NCBI GenBank assembly: GCA_963821525.1
Contig: CAWGED010000010.1
Coordinates: 128,001-192,000, forward strand
Direction of reading: 5' to 3'
DNA length: 64,000 nt
From: an uncultured Gemmatimonadales bacterium
GTDB taxonomy: Bacteria > Gemmatimonadota > Gemmatimonadetes > Gemmatimonadales > GWC2-71-9
Every line of letters starts with the position of its first letter. Within the stretch, counting starts at the first letter, position 1. Shown here piece after piece: positions 42,503 through 51,721 of the stretch. The translations under genes and the position numbers were made by a program. A model generated the notes under the pieces. It was given only the letters and a program-made list of their open reading frames with translations, was not told the origin of the DNA and did no database searches.

Positions 42503-42774
42503 TGCAGTATCTCGTCATCGAGCGGTTCCATAACGGCGATCCCGGCCCAGTCTACCAACGCTTCCGCGAGCGCGGCCGCATGGCCCCGCCCGGCCTCATC
42601 TATGTTGGAAGCTGGATCACCGACGATCTGACCACCTGCTACCAAATCATGGAATGCGATGACCGCGGCCTGCTCGATCAATGGATAGCAAACTGGGAGG
42701 ACATCGTGGACTTCGAGGTGCTGCCGGTTTTGACTTCAGCAGAGGTGCAGGAGCGGATCGGTCGGAGGTCTTGA
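42502..42774 (+). CDS. DUF3303-like protein
   Basis: YLVIERF..VYQRF..GRM, CYQIME, WEDIVDFEV. Confidence 0.8.
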   Translation: MQYLVIERFHNGDPGPVYQRFRERGRMAPPGLIYVGSWITDDLTTCYQIMECDDRGLLDQWIANWEDIVDFEVLPVLTSAEVQERIGRRS

Positions 42775-42790
42775 TTGTGGGTGATAGCCG

Positions 42791-42831
42791 GGGGTCATGG
42801 GTCATGAGACCCACGACTCAGGACTCACGAC
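42791..42831. repeat. Short inverted heptamer repeats
   Basis: GGGTCAT x2 / GACCCAC GACTCAG GACTCAC. Confidence 0.7.
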
Positions 42832-42849
42832 ATTCGAAAGAAGCAGCAA

Positions 42850-43242
42850 GTGGACGGGGATCAGCAGGCAATTCGAGAGGTTCTTGCGCTGTGGCACCGC
42901 GCCACGGCGGCGGGAGACGTGAACACCGTTCTCAAGCTGATGGCGGAGGACGTCGTCTTTCTCGTTCCGGGGCACCCTCCCATGAGGGGACGAGGAGCGT
43001 TCGAGCAGGGGCTCCGCGCTCTGCTGGCACAGCACCAGATCGAATCGACCGGCGAGATACAGGAAGTCGAAGTGTCCGGCGACCTCGCCTACGCCTGGTC
43101 CATGCTTACCGTCCGCATCGTGCCCCTGGCGGGCGGCAACGCGACCATCCGGACCGGGAACGCCCTTTCCATTTTGCGGAAACAAGGGGACGGTTCATGG
43201 GTCGTAGTGCGGGACGCGAACCTGCTCTCGGCCGCGCAATGA
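42850..43242 (+). CDS. NTF2/SnoaL-like protein
   Basis: W..AT.AGD..LMAEDVVFL, SGDLAY, RDANLL. Confidence 0.88.
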   Translation: MDGDQQAIREVLALWHRATAAGDVNTVLKLMAEDVVFLVPGHPPMRGRGAFEQGLRALLAQHQIESTGEIQEVEVSGDLAYAWSMLTVRIVPLAGGNATIRTGNALSILRKQGDGSWVVVRDANLLSAAQ

Positions 43243-43329
43243 CTGGCGTGCCGCTGGCCGACGAAACCTCACCATCGCCATCCGTCTGGACCTGCCCGAC
43301 GGAGCCACCACCGCGCACGGTTGACGGGA

Positions 43330-43809
43330 ATGAACAAGCTGAATGAGACGGTACGGCGCCGCCTGACCGCCCAGGGATTTGCCTGCGAGGTCGAATTGGT
43401 GGGCCAGATGGCGCCTTGGCTGCGCTGGACTCCCGCACTCAGCGCCATCTGGATTGCGGCCGGAACTACCGCGCGATCCCCCACCATTCTGTGGTCGTTC
43501 TCGCTCTGTGCTGCCGCAGGCGCCATGGGCTGGCATCCCTTCGATGCGCTCTTCAACCACGGAGTGCGTCATCTTCTTGACCTCCCCCCTCTCCCCAACA
43601 ACCCCGTCCCACGCCGGTTCGCCATGTCGCTCGCTGCCGTCTGCAGTGCCGCCACAGGGCTGCTGTTCTACTGGCATCTCGACAAGGCCGGTCTGGCGAC
43701 CGGAGTCGTGATGGCCCTCGGCGCCATCACTGTGGCGACGACACAATTCTGTGCCGGTTCCTGGATCTGGCACCAGCTGGGCCTGGCCCGAAGTTCCCGG
43801 GCCGGGTGA
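43330..43809 (+). CDS. DUF4395-like membrane protein
   Basis: HPFD, PRRFA, FCAGS. Confidence 0.75.
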   Translation: MNKLNETVRRRLTAQGFACEVELVGQMAPWLRWTPALSAIWIAAGTTARSPTILWSFSLCAAAGAMGWHPFDALFNHGVRHLLDLPPLPNNPVPRRFAMSLAAVCSAATGLLFYWHLDKAGLATGVVMALGAITVATTQFCAGSWIWHQLGLARSSRAG

Positions 43810-43820
43810 GGGAGAAGGCA

Positions 43821-43928
43821 ATGCACAGAGAACACGGAGAGCGGAGGGATTTAAGATTTACGATTTCAGATTGAAGATTGAAGCGAGTACGCACCAATCT
43901 TCAATCTTCAATCGTAAATCTTCAATCG
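43821..43928. repeat. 9-mer arm plus inverted heptamer pair between convergent genes
   Basis: CACAGAGAACACGGAG; GATTTAA GATTTAC GATTTCA GATTGAA ... CAATCTT. Confidence 0.88.
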
Positions 43929-43930
43929 TT

Positions 43931-44446
43931 CTAGCGCCGCCTTCCCCCATTCCCCACCGACAACGCCTGAGGATTCACCTGATCCATCGCGATCTGGCTC
44001 AGCAGTTTGTCGGCCTCTTCCTCCTCGCCCAGTGTCTCTTCGAGCAGGTCGGCGACATCATCGAGGCCGAGCAGGGAGGCCATGGTCTTCGCGGTGCCGT
44101 ATCCGGAGATCTCGTAATGCTCCACCCGTTGGGCGGCGGCGATCAGACCAGCGTCCTTTACCACGCCCTCGCCTTCCTCCTCGATGGTTTCCTTCCCCTC
44201 CTCGATCAATCCTTCCATGCCTTTGCAGCGCTTCCCGCGGGAGGATGCGTTGAGATGCTCGAAGCACTGTTCCAGCCGCGAGACATGGTTCTGGGTCTGG
44301 CCTAAATGGTCAGTGATCGCCTGCACCAACTCTGGGGTGGTGGCGGCCTTGGCCATCTTCGGCAGCGCCTGGACCAGCTGCTTCTCGGCGCTGTAAAGAT
44401 CCTTGAGTTGCTCTATGAATAGGTCCTGCATGGTGGCAAGTGCCAT
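43931..44446 (-). CDS. Ferritin-like DUF892 (YciE/YciF family)
   Basis: LKDLYSAEKQ, CKGMEGLIEEG, AQRVEHYEI. Confidence 0.93.
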   Translation of the reverse strand: MALATMQDLFIEQLKDLYSAEKQLVQALPKMAKAATTPELVQAITDHLGQTQNHVSRLEQCFEHLNASSRGKRCKGMEGLIEEGKETIEEEGEGVVKDAGLIAAAQRVEHYEISGYGTAKTMASLLGLDDVADLLEETLGEEEEADKLLSQIAMDQVNPQALSVGNGGRRR

Positions 44447-44868
44447 TGTTGAGCTCCCGGTGTGTCGTGAGTGTTGTCCGATCGGGAGGTCACCCTGACG
44501 TGGGGCGCAGGCCTGCCCACGGGATCTTGGGCGAGGCGCATGGCATCCCTTCCAGCGGGTCGCTCGAACCGCGGCGAGAACAACGCAAAAGGCGTGTCGC
44601 TTGTCCTCCGCGAGGAGGTGCGATCACGCCTTCATCTCGAGGCACCGTTGGCCTCGCGACAAGGGGACCGGCCCGAACGCCGATCCTTTGGAGGTCACAA
44701 GCTAAGAACGCCGCCCGTTCCGGCGCAAGCCCTTTCTTGGCGCCAGGCGTCATCTCCTCCGAGCATTCCTTGTGCGATCGAATCTCGCACCTCACCTTAT
44801 GCCACAGCGATCATCGGATTGGGATCCAGAATCCGACTCGGCTGATCATGCCAGCCAGGAGGGACACC

Positions 44869-45204
44869 ATGCACATCGTCCGGCAGGATCAGCTTCCGTT
44901 CGTGGGGATGTCACATCAGTTCGTAGGAGCCGAGAACGGCGACGTCGCGATCTCGGCCTATCTCGTAAGCGCCCCTCCCGGGCGGGGACCACGGCTGCAT
45001 CGTCATCCTTATGACAAGGTCGTGTTCGTGAGAGAGGGGTGGGCTCGCTGGACCGTCGACGGAAAGGACCTTCAGGCAGGACCGGGAGACATCCTGGTCG
45101 TCAAAGCGGGCGAGGTTCATACCTTCATCAACATCGGCGAGACTCCGCTCGTCCAGTGCGACGTCCACCTGAGCCCGCACTTCGTGCAGGAAAATCTGGA
45201 GTAG
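44869..45204 (+). CDS. Cupin domain protein
   Basis: GPRLHRHPY, GDILVV..GEVH.F; AGGAGG RBS. Confidence 0.88.
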   Translation: MHIVRQDQLPFVGMSHQFVGAENGDVAISAYLVSAPPGRGPRLHRHPYDKVVFVREGWARWTVDGKDLQAGPGDILVVKAGEVHTFINIGETPLVQCDVHLSPHFVQENLE

Positions 45205-45239
45205 CGGTTTCTCTCGACACCTCGGCATCGAGGTTCACC

Positions 45240-45419
45240 ATGAAGGCCTATCTCATCACGACCGGGCTTCTCTTCGCGGCACTCGCCGCGCTTCATGTCT
45301 ACGTGGTGGTGCAACGAGGGCCCGCTCTGGCCACCGATCCGTGGCCTGCGATCGTACTCGTCATCGCCGGCGGCATGAGCGTGTGGGCTGGTCGGTTCTT
45401 GCTCAAAGGCAGGCAGTAG
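45240..45419 (+). CDS. Small 2-TM membrane protein
   Basis: MKAYLITTGLLF..; GAGG RBS. Confidence 0.7.
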   Translation: MKAYLITTGLLFAALAALHVYVVVQRGPALATDPWPAIVLVIAGGMSVWAGRFLLKGRQ

Positions 45420-45420
45420 G

Positions 45421-45490
45421 GAATTTCAGATTGAAGATTTGAGCGGGTTTTCAATTCCCAATCTTCAATCTGACATCTTCAATCTTCAAT
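45421..45490. repeat. Inverted heptamer repeats
   Basis: ATTTCAGATTGAAGATT ... AATCTTCAATCTGACATCTTCAATCTTCAAT. Confidence 0.88.
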
Positions 45491-45503
45491 TACCGGAGCC
45501 CCC

Positions 45504-45989
45504 ATGGCATTCAACATGGCAACCTTCACTCTGATCCATGTCATCATCAGCATGATCGGGATCTTCGCCGGCCTGGTCGTGGTGGGCGGTCTCATGGCCG
45601 GAGTCCGTTACAACGGCTGGATCGCCACCTATCTGGCGACCACCATCCTGACCAACGCCACGGGGTTCGGCTTTCCCTTCGTCGTCCTCATGCCCTCGCA
45701 TATCCTCGGGGTGATTTCCCTGGTCATCCTGCCGTTCGCCGTCGTGGCGCTCTACTTGAAACACCTCGCCGGCAAATGGAGAGCCACGTTCGTGGTCATC
45801 ACCGTCACGGCACTCTACTTCAACGTCTTCGTTCTCATGGTCCAGCTCTTCCGCAAAGTCCCCGCGATGATCGCCCTCGCTCCAACCCAGAAGGAACCAC
45901 CCTTTGCGGTCACGCAGCTCATCATCCTTGCCCTGTTCATCGTCCTGGGAAGGGCTGCCGTGAGAGGTTTCCGGGAGGAGCGGGCCTGA
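45504..45989 (+). CDS. Conserved membrane protein
   Basis: FTLIHVIIS, TGFGFPF, YFNVFV..Q.F.K, EPPF. Confidence 0.8.
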   Translation: MAFNMATFTLIHVIISMIGIFAGLVVVGGLMAGVRYNGWIATYLATTILTNATGFGFPFVVLMPSHILGVISLVILPFAVVALYLKHLAGKWRATFVVITVTALYFNVFVLMVQLFRKVPAMIALAPTQKEPPFAVTQLIILALFIVLGRAAVRGFREERA

Positions 45990-46018
45990 GAACGACCTGA
46001 GAAACAAGTACACGTCTC

Positions 46019-46441
46019 ATGCCCATCAGCTGCCGCATCAATCACTTCCGTCGGATCGTTCTCGCCGCCGGTCACGGAATCCTGAACGACCAGGACGTGT
46101 TCATCTACCAGAAGACGGTCTGGTCCCGGAAGGACATCGCTGGGTATGATGAGCTGATGGATATGACGGATGTTCAGAAGATTGTTCCGCCATCGACCGC
46201 TCGAATTCGCCAGCTGGCCGAGGTGGCCTCGAAGATGGAATCGAGCAACTCGACCTCGAGATTCGCCATACTGGCGCCGAGCGACGAGGCCTACGGATAT
46301 GGCCGCATGTTCCAAGCGTTCCGCGCCTACCAGGACGGTGGGACTCGAAATGTTGAGGTCTTCAGAACGGCAGAGGAGGTCCTGGTCTTCCTGGGTCTTG
46401 CCGGCCTGACATGGGACCAGGTGATCAGAGAATCCGTGTAG
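46019..46441 (+). CDS. Hypothetical protein (SpoIIAA/STAS-like)
   Basis: AILAPSD..YGYGRMF, VFRT.EE...FLG. Confidence 0.65.
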   Translation: MPISCRINHFRRIVLAAGHGILNDQDVFIYQKTVWSRKDIAGYDELMDMTDVQKIVPPSTARIRQLAEVASKMESSNSTSRFAILAPSDEAYGYGRMFQAFRAYQDGGTRNVEVFRTAEEVLVFLGLAGLTWDQVIRESV

Positions 46442-46469
46442 GCCGCCGGCCCGGAGGGAAGGACGCTCC

Positions 46470-47132
46470 ATGACCAATCCAGTCGCACCCCAGGTCGATT
46501 GTGAACAGCAGCACCCCAGCATTCCTGTACCCGATGTCCTCGCCGCGGCGGACTTCTACACCACCAAGCTTGGGTTCCGGCTGGGTTTCACCTGGGGCGA
46601 GCCGCCAACGATGGCAGGGGTCAACCTTGGCGACGTGCAGATCTTCCTCCGGCAGGGGACCCCGGCGCCTCAAGGCTGCACCCTCTACTTCGTGATCGGC
46701 GCAGCCGACGAGCTGTGCGAGTTCCAGCGCGCCCGCGGAGTCGAGATCGTCGAGCCCGTCGGGGACCGGCCCTGGGGTTTCCGGGACTACACCGTCCGAG
46801 ACCTCCACGGCTATCACCTGATCTTCGGGCAGCGGATCTACAACGATGGCCCACCGCTCCTGATCGAGCGGGTGGACGTTCCTTTACGCCTGGAGCGCCG
46901 GCTGGCCGCGGTGCTGCGGGATCTCGCCGAGTACAAGCGCATGAGCCTGAGCAGCTGTGTGGAGGAAACCCTCCTCCACACCTTCACCCCGTTGGGTGAC
47001 GGTGTCGCGAGTCCCCACACCAAGAGCGACCTGCGACAGATCCAGCGTCTCATGGCGACGCATGGGATCGACTATGACAGTCACGGCAGTTATAGGTTTG
47101 TCGAAGCGGGAACGGTGAACAGTGAACGGTGA
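46470..47132 (+). CDS. VOC domain fused to a helical, putatively DNA-binding C-terminal domain
   Basis: RPWGFRDYTVRDLHG, then RVDVPLRLERRL..LAEYKRMSLSS. Confidence 0.8.
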   Translation: MTNPVAPQVDCEQQHPSIPVPDVLAAADFYTTKLGFRLGFTWGEPPTMAGVNLGDVQIFLRQGTPAPQGCTLYFVIGAADELCEFQRARGVEIVEPVGDRPWGFRDYTVRDLHGYHLIFGQRIYNDGPPLLIERVDVPLRLERRLAAVLRDLAEYKRMSLSSCVEETLLHTFTPLGDGVASPHTKSDLRQIQRLMATHGIDYDSHGSYRFVEAGTVNSER

Positions 47133-47275
47133 ACGGGAGCAATGCAGAGGGAAAGACGTGAGGCTGTCATTCCGAGCGCAGCGAGGAATCCCTATGCCAG
47201 CCTTTATCGGAGTTCTCCGGTTCACCGTTCACCGTCTGTCACCGCTGACCCCTGACCCCTGACCCCTAACACCTA
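47109..47275. repeat. Inverted heptamer arms enclosing a REP-like hairpin
   Basis: GTGAACG x3 ... TTCACCG; TGTCATTCCGAGCGCAGCGAGGAATCC; CTGACCC x3. Confidence 0.82.
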
Positions 47276-47280
47276 CCCAG

Positions 47281-47799
47281 ATGCACCCGTCCATCACCCC
47301 GCTCGCCAGCATCTTCCGCCTCAACACCGAGCTCGTCCTCAACTGCATCGAGGACCTCGACGACGAGCGGGCCCAGGAGCGGGGAGATCCGCCGGTCAAC
47401 AGCATCACCTTTCTGGTCGTGCACCTCACTGAGACCCGGCACCTCATGGCGGGCCTCATGGGTCAGCCCCTGCCCTCTCCGTTCTCCCAGGCCTTCGGCA
47501 AGGCGCGCACACTGGATGAAGCGGGCCCGCTTCCTTCCCTCGATGATGTGCGCGGGCACTGGGAGCGGATCTCGGCGCACGTTGCCGTGCACATCGAGCG
47601 GCTCGACACCGCCCAGCTGGCTCAGTCGTCGTCCCAAAAGTTGCCCGGTTCGGACGGCACGCTGCTCGGCGCCCTGGCATTCCTGGCCCAGCATGAGAGT
47701 TATCATCTGGGTCAGATCGGGATTCTCCGTCGCCAGCGAGGTTGCTCCCCGATGCAGTACCGTCTGAGACCCCGCGAGCCCGGCCGGGTCGGAGCCTGA
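47281..47799 (+). CDS. DinB family protein
   Basis: NSITFLVVHL, HESYHLGQIG.LRR. Confidence 0.9.
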   Translation: MHPSITPLASIFRLNTELVLNCIEDLDDERAQERGDPPVNSITFLVVHLTETRHLMAGLMGQPLPSPFSQAFGKARTLDEAGPLPSLDDVRGHWERISAHVAVHIERLDTAQLAQSSSQKLPGSDGTLLGALAFLAQHESYHLGQIGILRRQRGCSPMQYRLRPREPGRVGA

Positions 47800-47805
47800 G
47801 GAACT

Positions 47806-48339
47806 ATGCCGCTGAAAGCGTCGGTCTTCATCGGGACCAGCCTCGACGGGTTCATTGCCCGGGCCGATGGCGCGCTGGATTTCCTCCCGGACGGCGGTGG
47901 CGAGGAGCACGGCTACGAGGCTTTTATGGCCTCGGTCGATGCCCTCGTGATCGGACGAAAGACCTACGAGACCGTATTGGGCTTCGATGCCTGGGCCTAT
48001 GGAGACAAAGCGGTCTTCGTGTTGAGCACCCGTGCCCTTGCTCCCGCGCCCAAGGGCGCGATGGTAGAGCGGATGTCGGGAGAGCCGAGCGACATCGTGG
48101 CGGTGCTCGAGTCGCGGGGAATCCGGCACGTCTACGTCGATGGCGGTATCACGATCCAGCGGTTTCTGGTGGCGGGATTGATTCACCGAATCATCATCAC
48201 TCGGGTTCCGGTGTTGATTGGAGAAGGCATCCCGCTCTTCGGTGCGCTGCCGCGGGATATCCCGCTTCACCATGTTGCGACACGGCAGTATCAGAGTGGC
48301 CTCGTCCAGAGCGAGTATCTGATTGAGAAGATTCGGTGA
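47806..48339 (+). CDS. Dihydrofolate reductase-like (RibD C-terminal) protein
   Basis: SLDGFIA, GRKTYE, YVDGG, PVLIGEGIPLF. Confidence 0.92.
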   Translation: MPLKASVFIGTSLDGFIARADGALDFLPDGGGEEHGYEAFMASVDALVIGRKTYETVLGFDAWAYGDKAVFVLSTRALAPAPKGAMVERMSGEPSDIVAVLESRGIRHVYVDGGITIQRFLVAGLIHRIIITRVPVLIGEGIPLFGALPRDIPLHHVATRQYQSGLVQSEYLIEKIR

Positions 48340-48700
48340 GCTCGAGACACCCGAAGAGTCCGGTCGCTGACGCGGAAAAGCAGCTCAAGAGCTTCATTGC
48401 CAGGTTCGAGCCCAAGCACCGGGCTTTGATCCGGGCCATGCGTCTACAACTTCTTCGTGATCGGCTATGGCCCGACCGAGCGGCCCTCGGATGCCATTCT
48501 CTCGCTTACCGGTAGTGCCAACGGGGTCGGCCTTTGTTTCATCCATGGTGCCAGTCTCCCGGATCCCCAGAGGATCCTGCTGGGCTCGGGAAACCAGACC
48601 CGCTTCATTCGCGTAGACTCGGCCGAGGTCCTGGGCCCCCGTCAAAGCAACGACCTCGGAAACGTGCGAAGCGCTGACCGTCGCCTTTGTCGCCTTCGAC
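48336..48700 (+). pseudogene. DUF1801-like remnant, internal deletion and truncation
   Basis: AEKQLKSFIARF..RAMR joined out of frame to YNFFVIGYGPTERPS..LPDP..LLGSGNQ. Confidence 0.65.
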
Positions 48701-48705
48701 TAGAT

Positions 48706-48730
48706 CCCTGACACCTGACCCCTGACACCT
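48706..48730. repeat. Single heptamer arm before start codon
   Basis: CCTGACA CCTGACC CCTGACA CC. Confidence 0.7.
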
Positions 48731-48732
48731 TC

Positions 48733-49455
48733 ATGCTCTTCCTTCTCGTTCTCGCCACCGTCAACCAAGCCCCCGGCAAATGGCCACCAGACTCACTCAT
48801 CAACACCAAGGTCATTCCCCACAACACGCCGGTCACGCAGGTAGTCGGCACCATGCGCAACTTCACCAACGCGCTGGGGGTACGCTGTCATACCTGCCAT
48901 GAGGGCGAGGAGGGAACGCCTTTGGAGAAGACCGATTTCGCGAGCGACAAAAAGCGGATGAAGCTGGTGGCCCGACAGATGATGCGGATGGTCGAGGAGA
49001 TCAACCACCGGCTCGACACCATCCCGGAGCGGCCCGACTCCGCGGTCCAGGTCACCTGCCGCACCTGCCACCGCGGGGTCTCTCGACCGGCCCCGCTCTA
49101 TCAGGTGCTGACCGAGGCCGCGAGCGCTGGCGGGGCGGATTCCAGCATTCGTGCCTATCAGGCACTGCGGCAGAAGTACTATGGACGTGACGCCTACGAC
49201 TTCGGCGAACAATCTCTCAACATCGCCGCCTTCAGGGTGGGACAAGCCGGGAAGTTCGAGGACGCCTTTGCCCTGCTCCGGCTCAACGAAGGACTCTTCC
49301 CCGGCTCCTCCGGAATGGCGGTCTTTCAGGGCAACATCTATCTGATGAAAGGCGACACCTCTTCGGCCGCGAACGCGTTCCGGGAGGCCATCAAGCGGGA
49401 TACCGCGAATGGCGAAGCGAAGAGGCGACTCGAGGATATTGGGGTGAAGCCTTAG
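48733..49455 (+). CDS. Diheme c-type cytochrome with TPR tail
   Basis: ALGVRCHTCH, VTCRTCHRG, signal peptide. Confidence 0.85.
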   Translation: MLFLLVLATVNQAPGKWPPDSLINTKVIPHNTPVTQVVGTMRNFTNALGVRCHTCHEGEEGTPLEKTDFASDKKRMKLVARQMMRMVEEINHRLDTIPERPDSAVQVTCRTCHRGVSRPAPLYQVLTEAASAGGADSSIRAYQALRQKYYGRDAYDFGEQSLNIAAFRVGQAGKFEDAFALLRLNEGLFPGSSGMAVFQGNIYLMKGDTSSAANAFREAIKRDTANGEAKRRLEDIGVKP

Positions 49456-49481
49456 CTTAGAGAAGAACGACAAAGGTTGTA

Positions 49482-49533
49482 GGACTCCCTACTCCCTAGA
49501 CTCCAACCGACCATTGACCACCGACCACCGACT
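49482..49533. repeat. Heptamer arms before gene start
   Basis: ACTCCCT x2; GACCATT GACCACC GACCACC. Confidence 0.7.
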
Positions 49534-51652
49534 GGCGATTCCCGCCCTTGCCCTGCTGCTGACGACCTCAACACTCGCGGCCCAGGCGCCCAGCAGCGAC
49601 CCCGCACCGGATCCGATCCCGCCGCATCAGAGCTTCACCATTGAATCCAAGGTGCTCGCCGAGCGTCGGTTGGTGAACGTGTACACCCCGCCGGGATATG
49701 CGGCGTCGCCCGGCGTCGCGTATCCGGTGCTTTACATGCTGGATGGCGGGCTGGAGGAAGACTTCCCCCACGTGGTGAACACGGTCGATTCGTTGATCAA
49801 GCTCAAGGTGATCCGGCCGGTGCTGGTCGTGGGAATCGAGAACACCGAGCGGCGTCGCGACCTGACGGGTCCGACCACGGTCGCCAAGGACAGTACGATC
49901 GCGCCTCACGTCGGCGGGTCGGCCGCCTTTCGCCAGTTCGTCCGGGAAGAGTTCATGCCGGAGGTGAAGTCCCGGTACCGCTGCACCGACGAGACCACGA
50001 TGGTTGGCGAGTCGCTCGCCGGACTCTGGATCGTGGAGACCTTCCTGCTCGAGCCGAAGCTGTTCCACGGGTACATCGCCCTGGACCCCAGCCTCTGGTG
50101 GAACCGGGCCGAGCTGGTGGCTTCGGCGGATTCGAGGCTCAAGAACCTCAAAGGGATCAAGCGGACCCTGTTCCTGTCCTCGGCCGTCGATGAGGATATC
50201 GTCGCCAATACGGCGAACCTGGCGGCAACGCTCAAGAAATCCGCCCCGGCTGGGCTCACGTTCTACTACGAGCCGAGACCCGACCTGACGCATATGACGA
50301 TTTTCCGGGGAGAGGGGCCGAAGGCGTTCGTGACGGTGCTACAATCGCCTTCCCCGCCTGACTCCCTCGAGCAGGAACGCGTCGTCGGCGCGCTCGGCGC
50401 CAGGCTGGACGCGCAGCTCACCCGCTTTGCCGAGTATGGTTTCTGGGGAACCGTGCTCGTCGCCCGTGAGGGCCAAATCGTGCTGGTCAAGGGATACGGC
50501 CTGGCGGACGCCGATCGCGACATCCGAAACACCGCGGCCACCCGCTTCGAGCTGAACTCGATGACCAAGATGTTTACTGGCGTCGCGATCCTGCAGCTGG
50601 ATGCCGCCGGCCGACTCCACGTCGCCGACTCCGTGGAGCGATACCTCGGTCCCTTCCCTGCGGGCAAGCAGGGCGCAACCATCGAGCAACTGGCCAGCCA
50701 TACCGCCGGTTTGATCGAAGCTGGAGCGGACCTGGCGGGCGACAGTCGCGCCGCCTTCGTGCACGACGTCAAGCAGACGCCGAGGGAGTCGCCGCCGGGG
50801 GAACAGTACCGGTACACCAATGCGGGTTACTCGCTGCTCGCCGCTATCATCGAGCAGGTCAGCGGTGGGTCGTACGAGGACTACCTGCTGACTCATCTGC
50901 TCAAACGAGCCGGGATGCGGAGCGCAACCTTTCGCGATCGGCTCCCGCAGGGCGATTTGCGATTCGCCCGGGGCTATGTCGGCACTCCAGCACGGCTCGA
51001 GCCAGGACCTCCGAATCCCTACGTTTGGGGGACCCGTGGGGCGGGAGGCGTGTGGGCCACCGTCGGCGATGTGTATCGCTGGCTTCTCGCAGTTCAAGGC
51101 GACAGCCTGCTACCTGCGCCACAACGCCGCCTGCTCTTCTCCCCACCGCGACCTCCCTCGCAGGAGGCCTACGGCTGGCACGTCACCACCGACTCCGGAG
51201 GGAGGCCCCTGATCCAGAAAGGCGGAGGATCTGACGACTTCGCCTCGGACATGCTGTATTACCCGAGCGATCGCGTCATAATCATCTGGGCCAGCAACAA
51301 TCTCAGGCAGCGGTGGCGCCGGGCGCTGAACCGTACCCTATCGGCGCTGGCCTTTGACAAGCCTGCTGCTGCCCTGCCCGAGGTCACCTCCCTTCCGGTC
51401 GGCGCACTCGCGACACGGGCACGACTCTACCGTTCCGGCAACGATTCCCTCCAACTTCGCGCCGGACCCGGATATCTCTACGCAGAGTCCAATCAGCTCG
51501 GTGTTCCGACCGAACTGATGTTCTTTCCCCACGACACTCACCATTTCACCGCCTTCGACCCGCTCAGCGGCAACCTGAGCGGGCTTCGATTCGACGAGGG
51601 TTCGGTAACGATAGAACTGCCCGATGGACGAGCCGTCACAGCCAGCCAGTGA
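49514..51652 (+). CDS. IroE-like alpha/beta hydrolase fused to beta-lactamase-family serine hydrolase
   Basis: GESLAG nucleophile elbow; SMTK (SxxK), YTN, KGG. Confidence 0.85.
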   Translation: MTTDHRLAIPALALLLTTSTLAAQAPSSDPAPDPIPPHQSFTIESKVLAERRLVNVYTPPGYAASPGVAYPVLYMLDGGLEEDFPHVVNTVDSLIKLKVIRPVLVVGIENTERRRDLTGPTTVAKDSTIAPHVGGSAAFRQFVREEFMPEVKSRYRCTDETTMVGESLAGLWIVETFLLEPKLFHGYIALDPSLWWNRAELVASADSRLKNLKGIKRTLFLSSAVDEDIVANTANLAATLKKSAPAGLTFYYEPRPDLTHMTIFRGEGPKAFVTVLQSPSPPDSLEQERVVGALGARLDAQLTRFAEYGFWGTVLVAREGQIVLVKGYGLADADRDIRNTAATRFELNSMTKMFTGVAILQLDAAGRLHVADSVERYLGPFPAGKQGATIEQLASHTAGLIEAGADLAGDSRAAFVHDVKQTPRESPPGEQYRYTNAGYSLLAAIIEQVSGGSYEDYLLTHLLKRAGMRSATFRDRLPQGDLRFARGYVGTPARLEPGPPNPYVWGTRGAGGVWATVGDVYRWLLAVQGDSLLPAPQRRLLFSPPRPPSQEAYGWHVTTDSGGRPLIQKGGGSDDFASDMLYYPSDRVIIIWASNNLRQRWRRALNRTLSALAFDKPAAALPEVTSLPVGALATRARLYRSGNDSLQLRAGPGYLYAESNQLGVPTELMFFPHDTHHFTAFDPLSGNLSGLRFDEGSVTIELPDGRAVTASQ

Positions 51653-51721
51653 GTGGCATTACTGACGCAACCAAACGCTCCTGCGTTGCGTCAGAGAGGC
51701 ACTCCCTACAGAGGAACAGCC

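Noticed and set aside
22572..45490. CRISPR array from the recurring GATTGAAG repeat
   Set aside because: Copies are kilobases apart, internally periodic, on both strands, and no cas genes are present.
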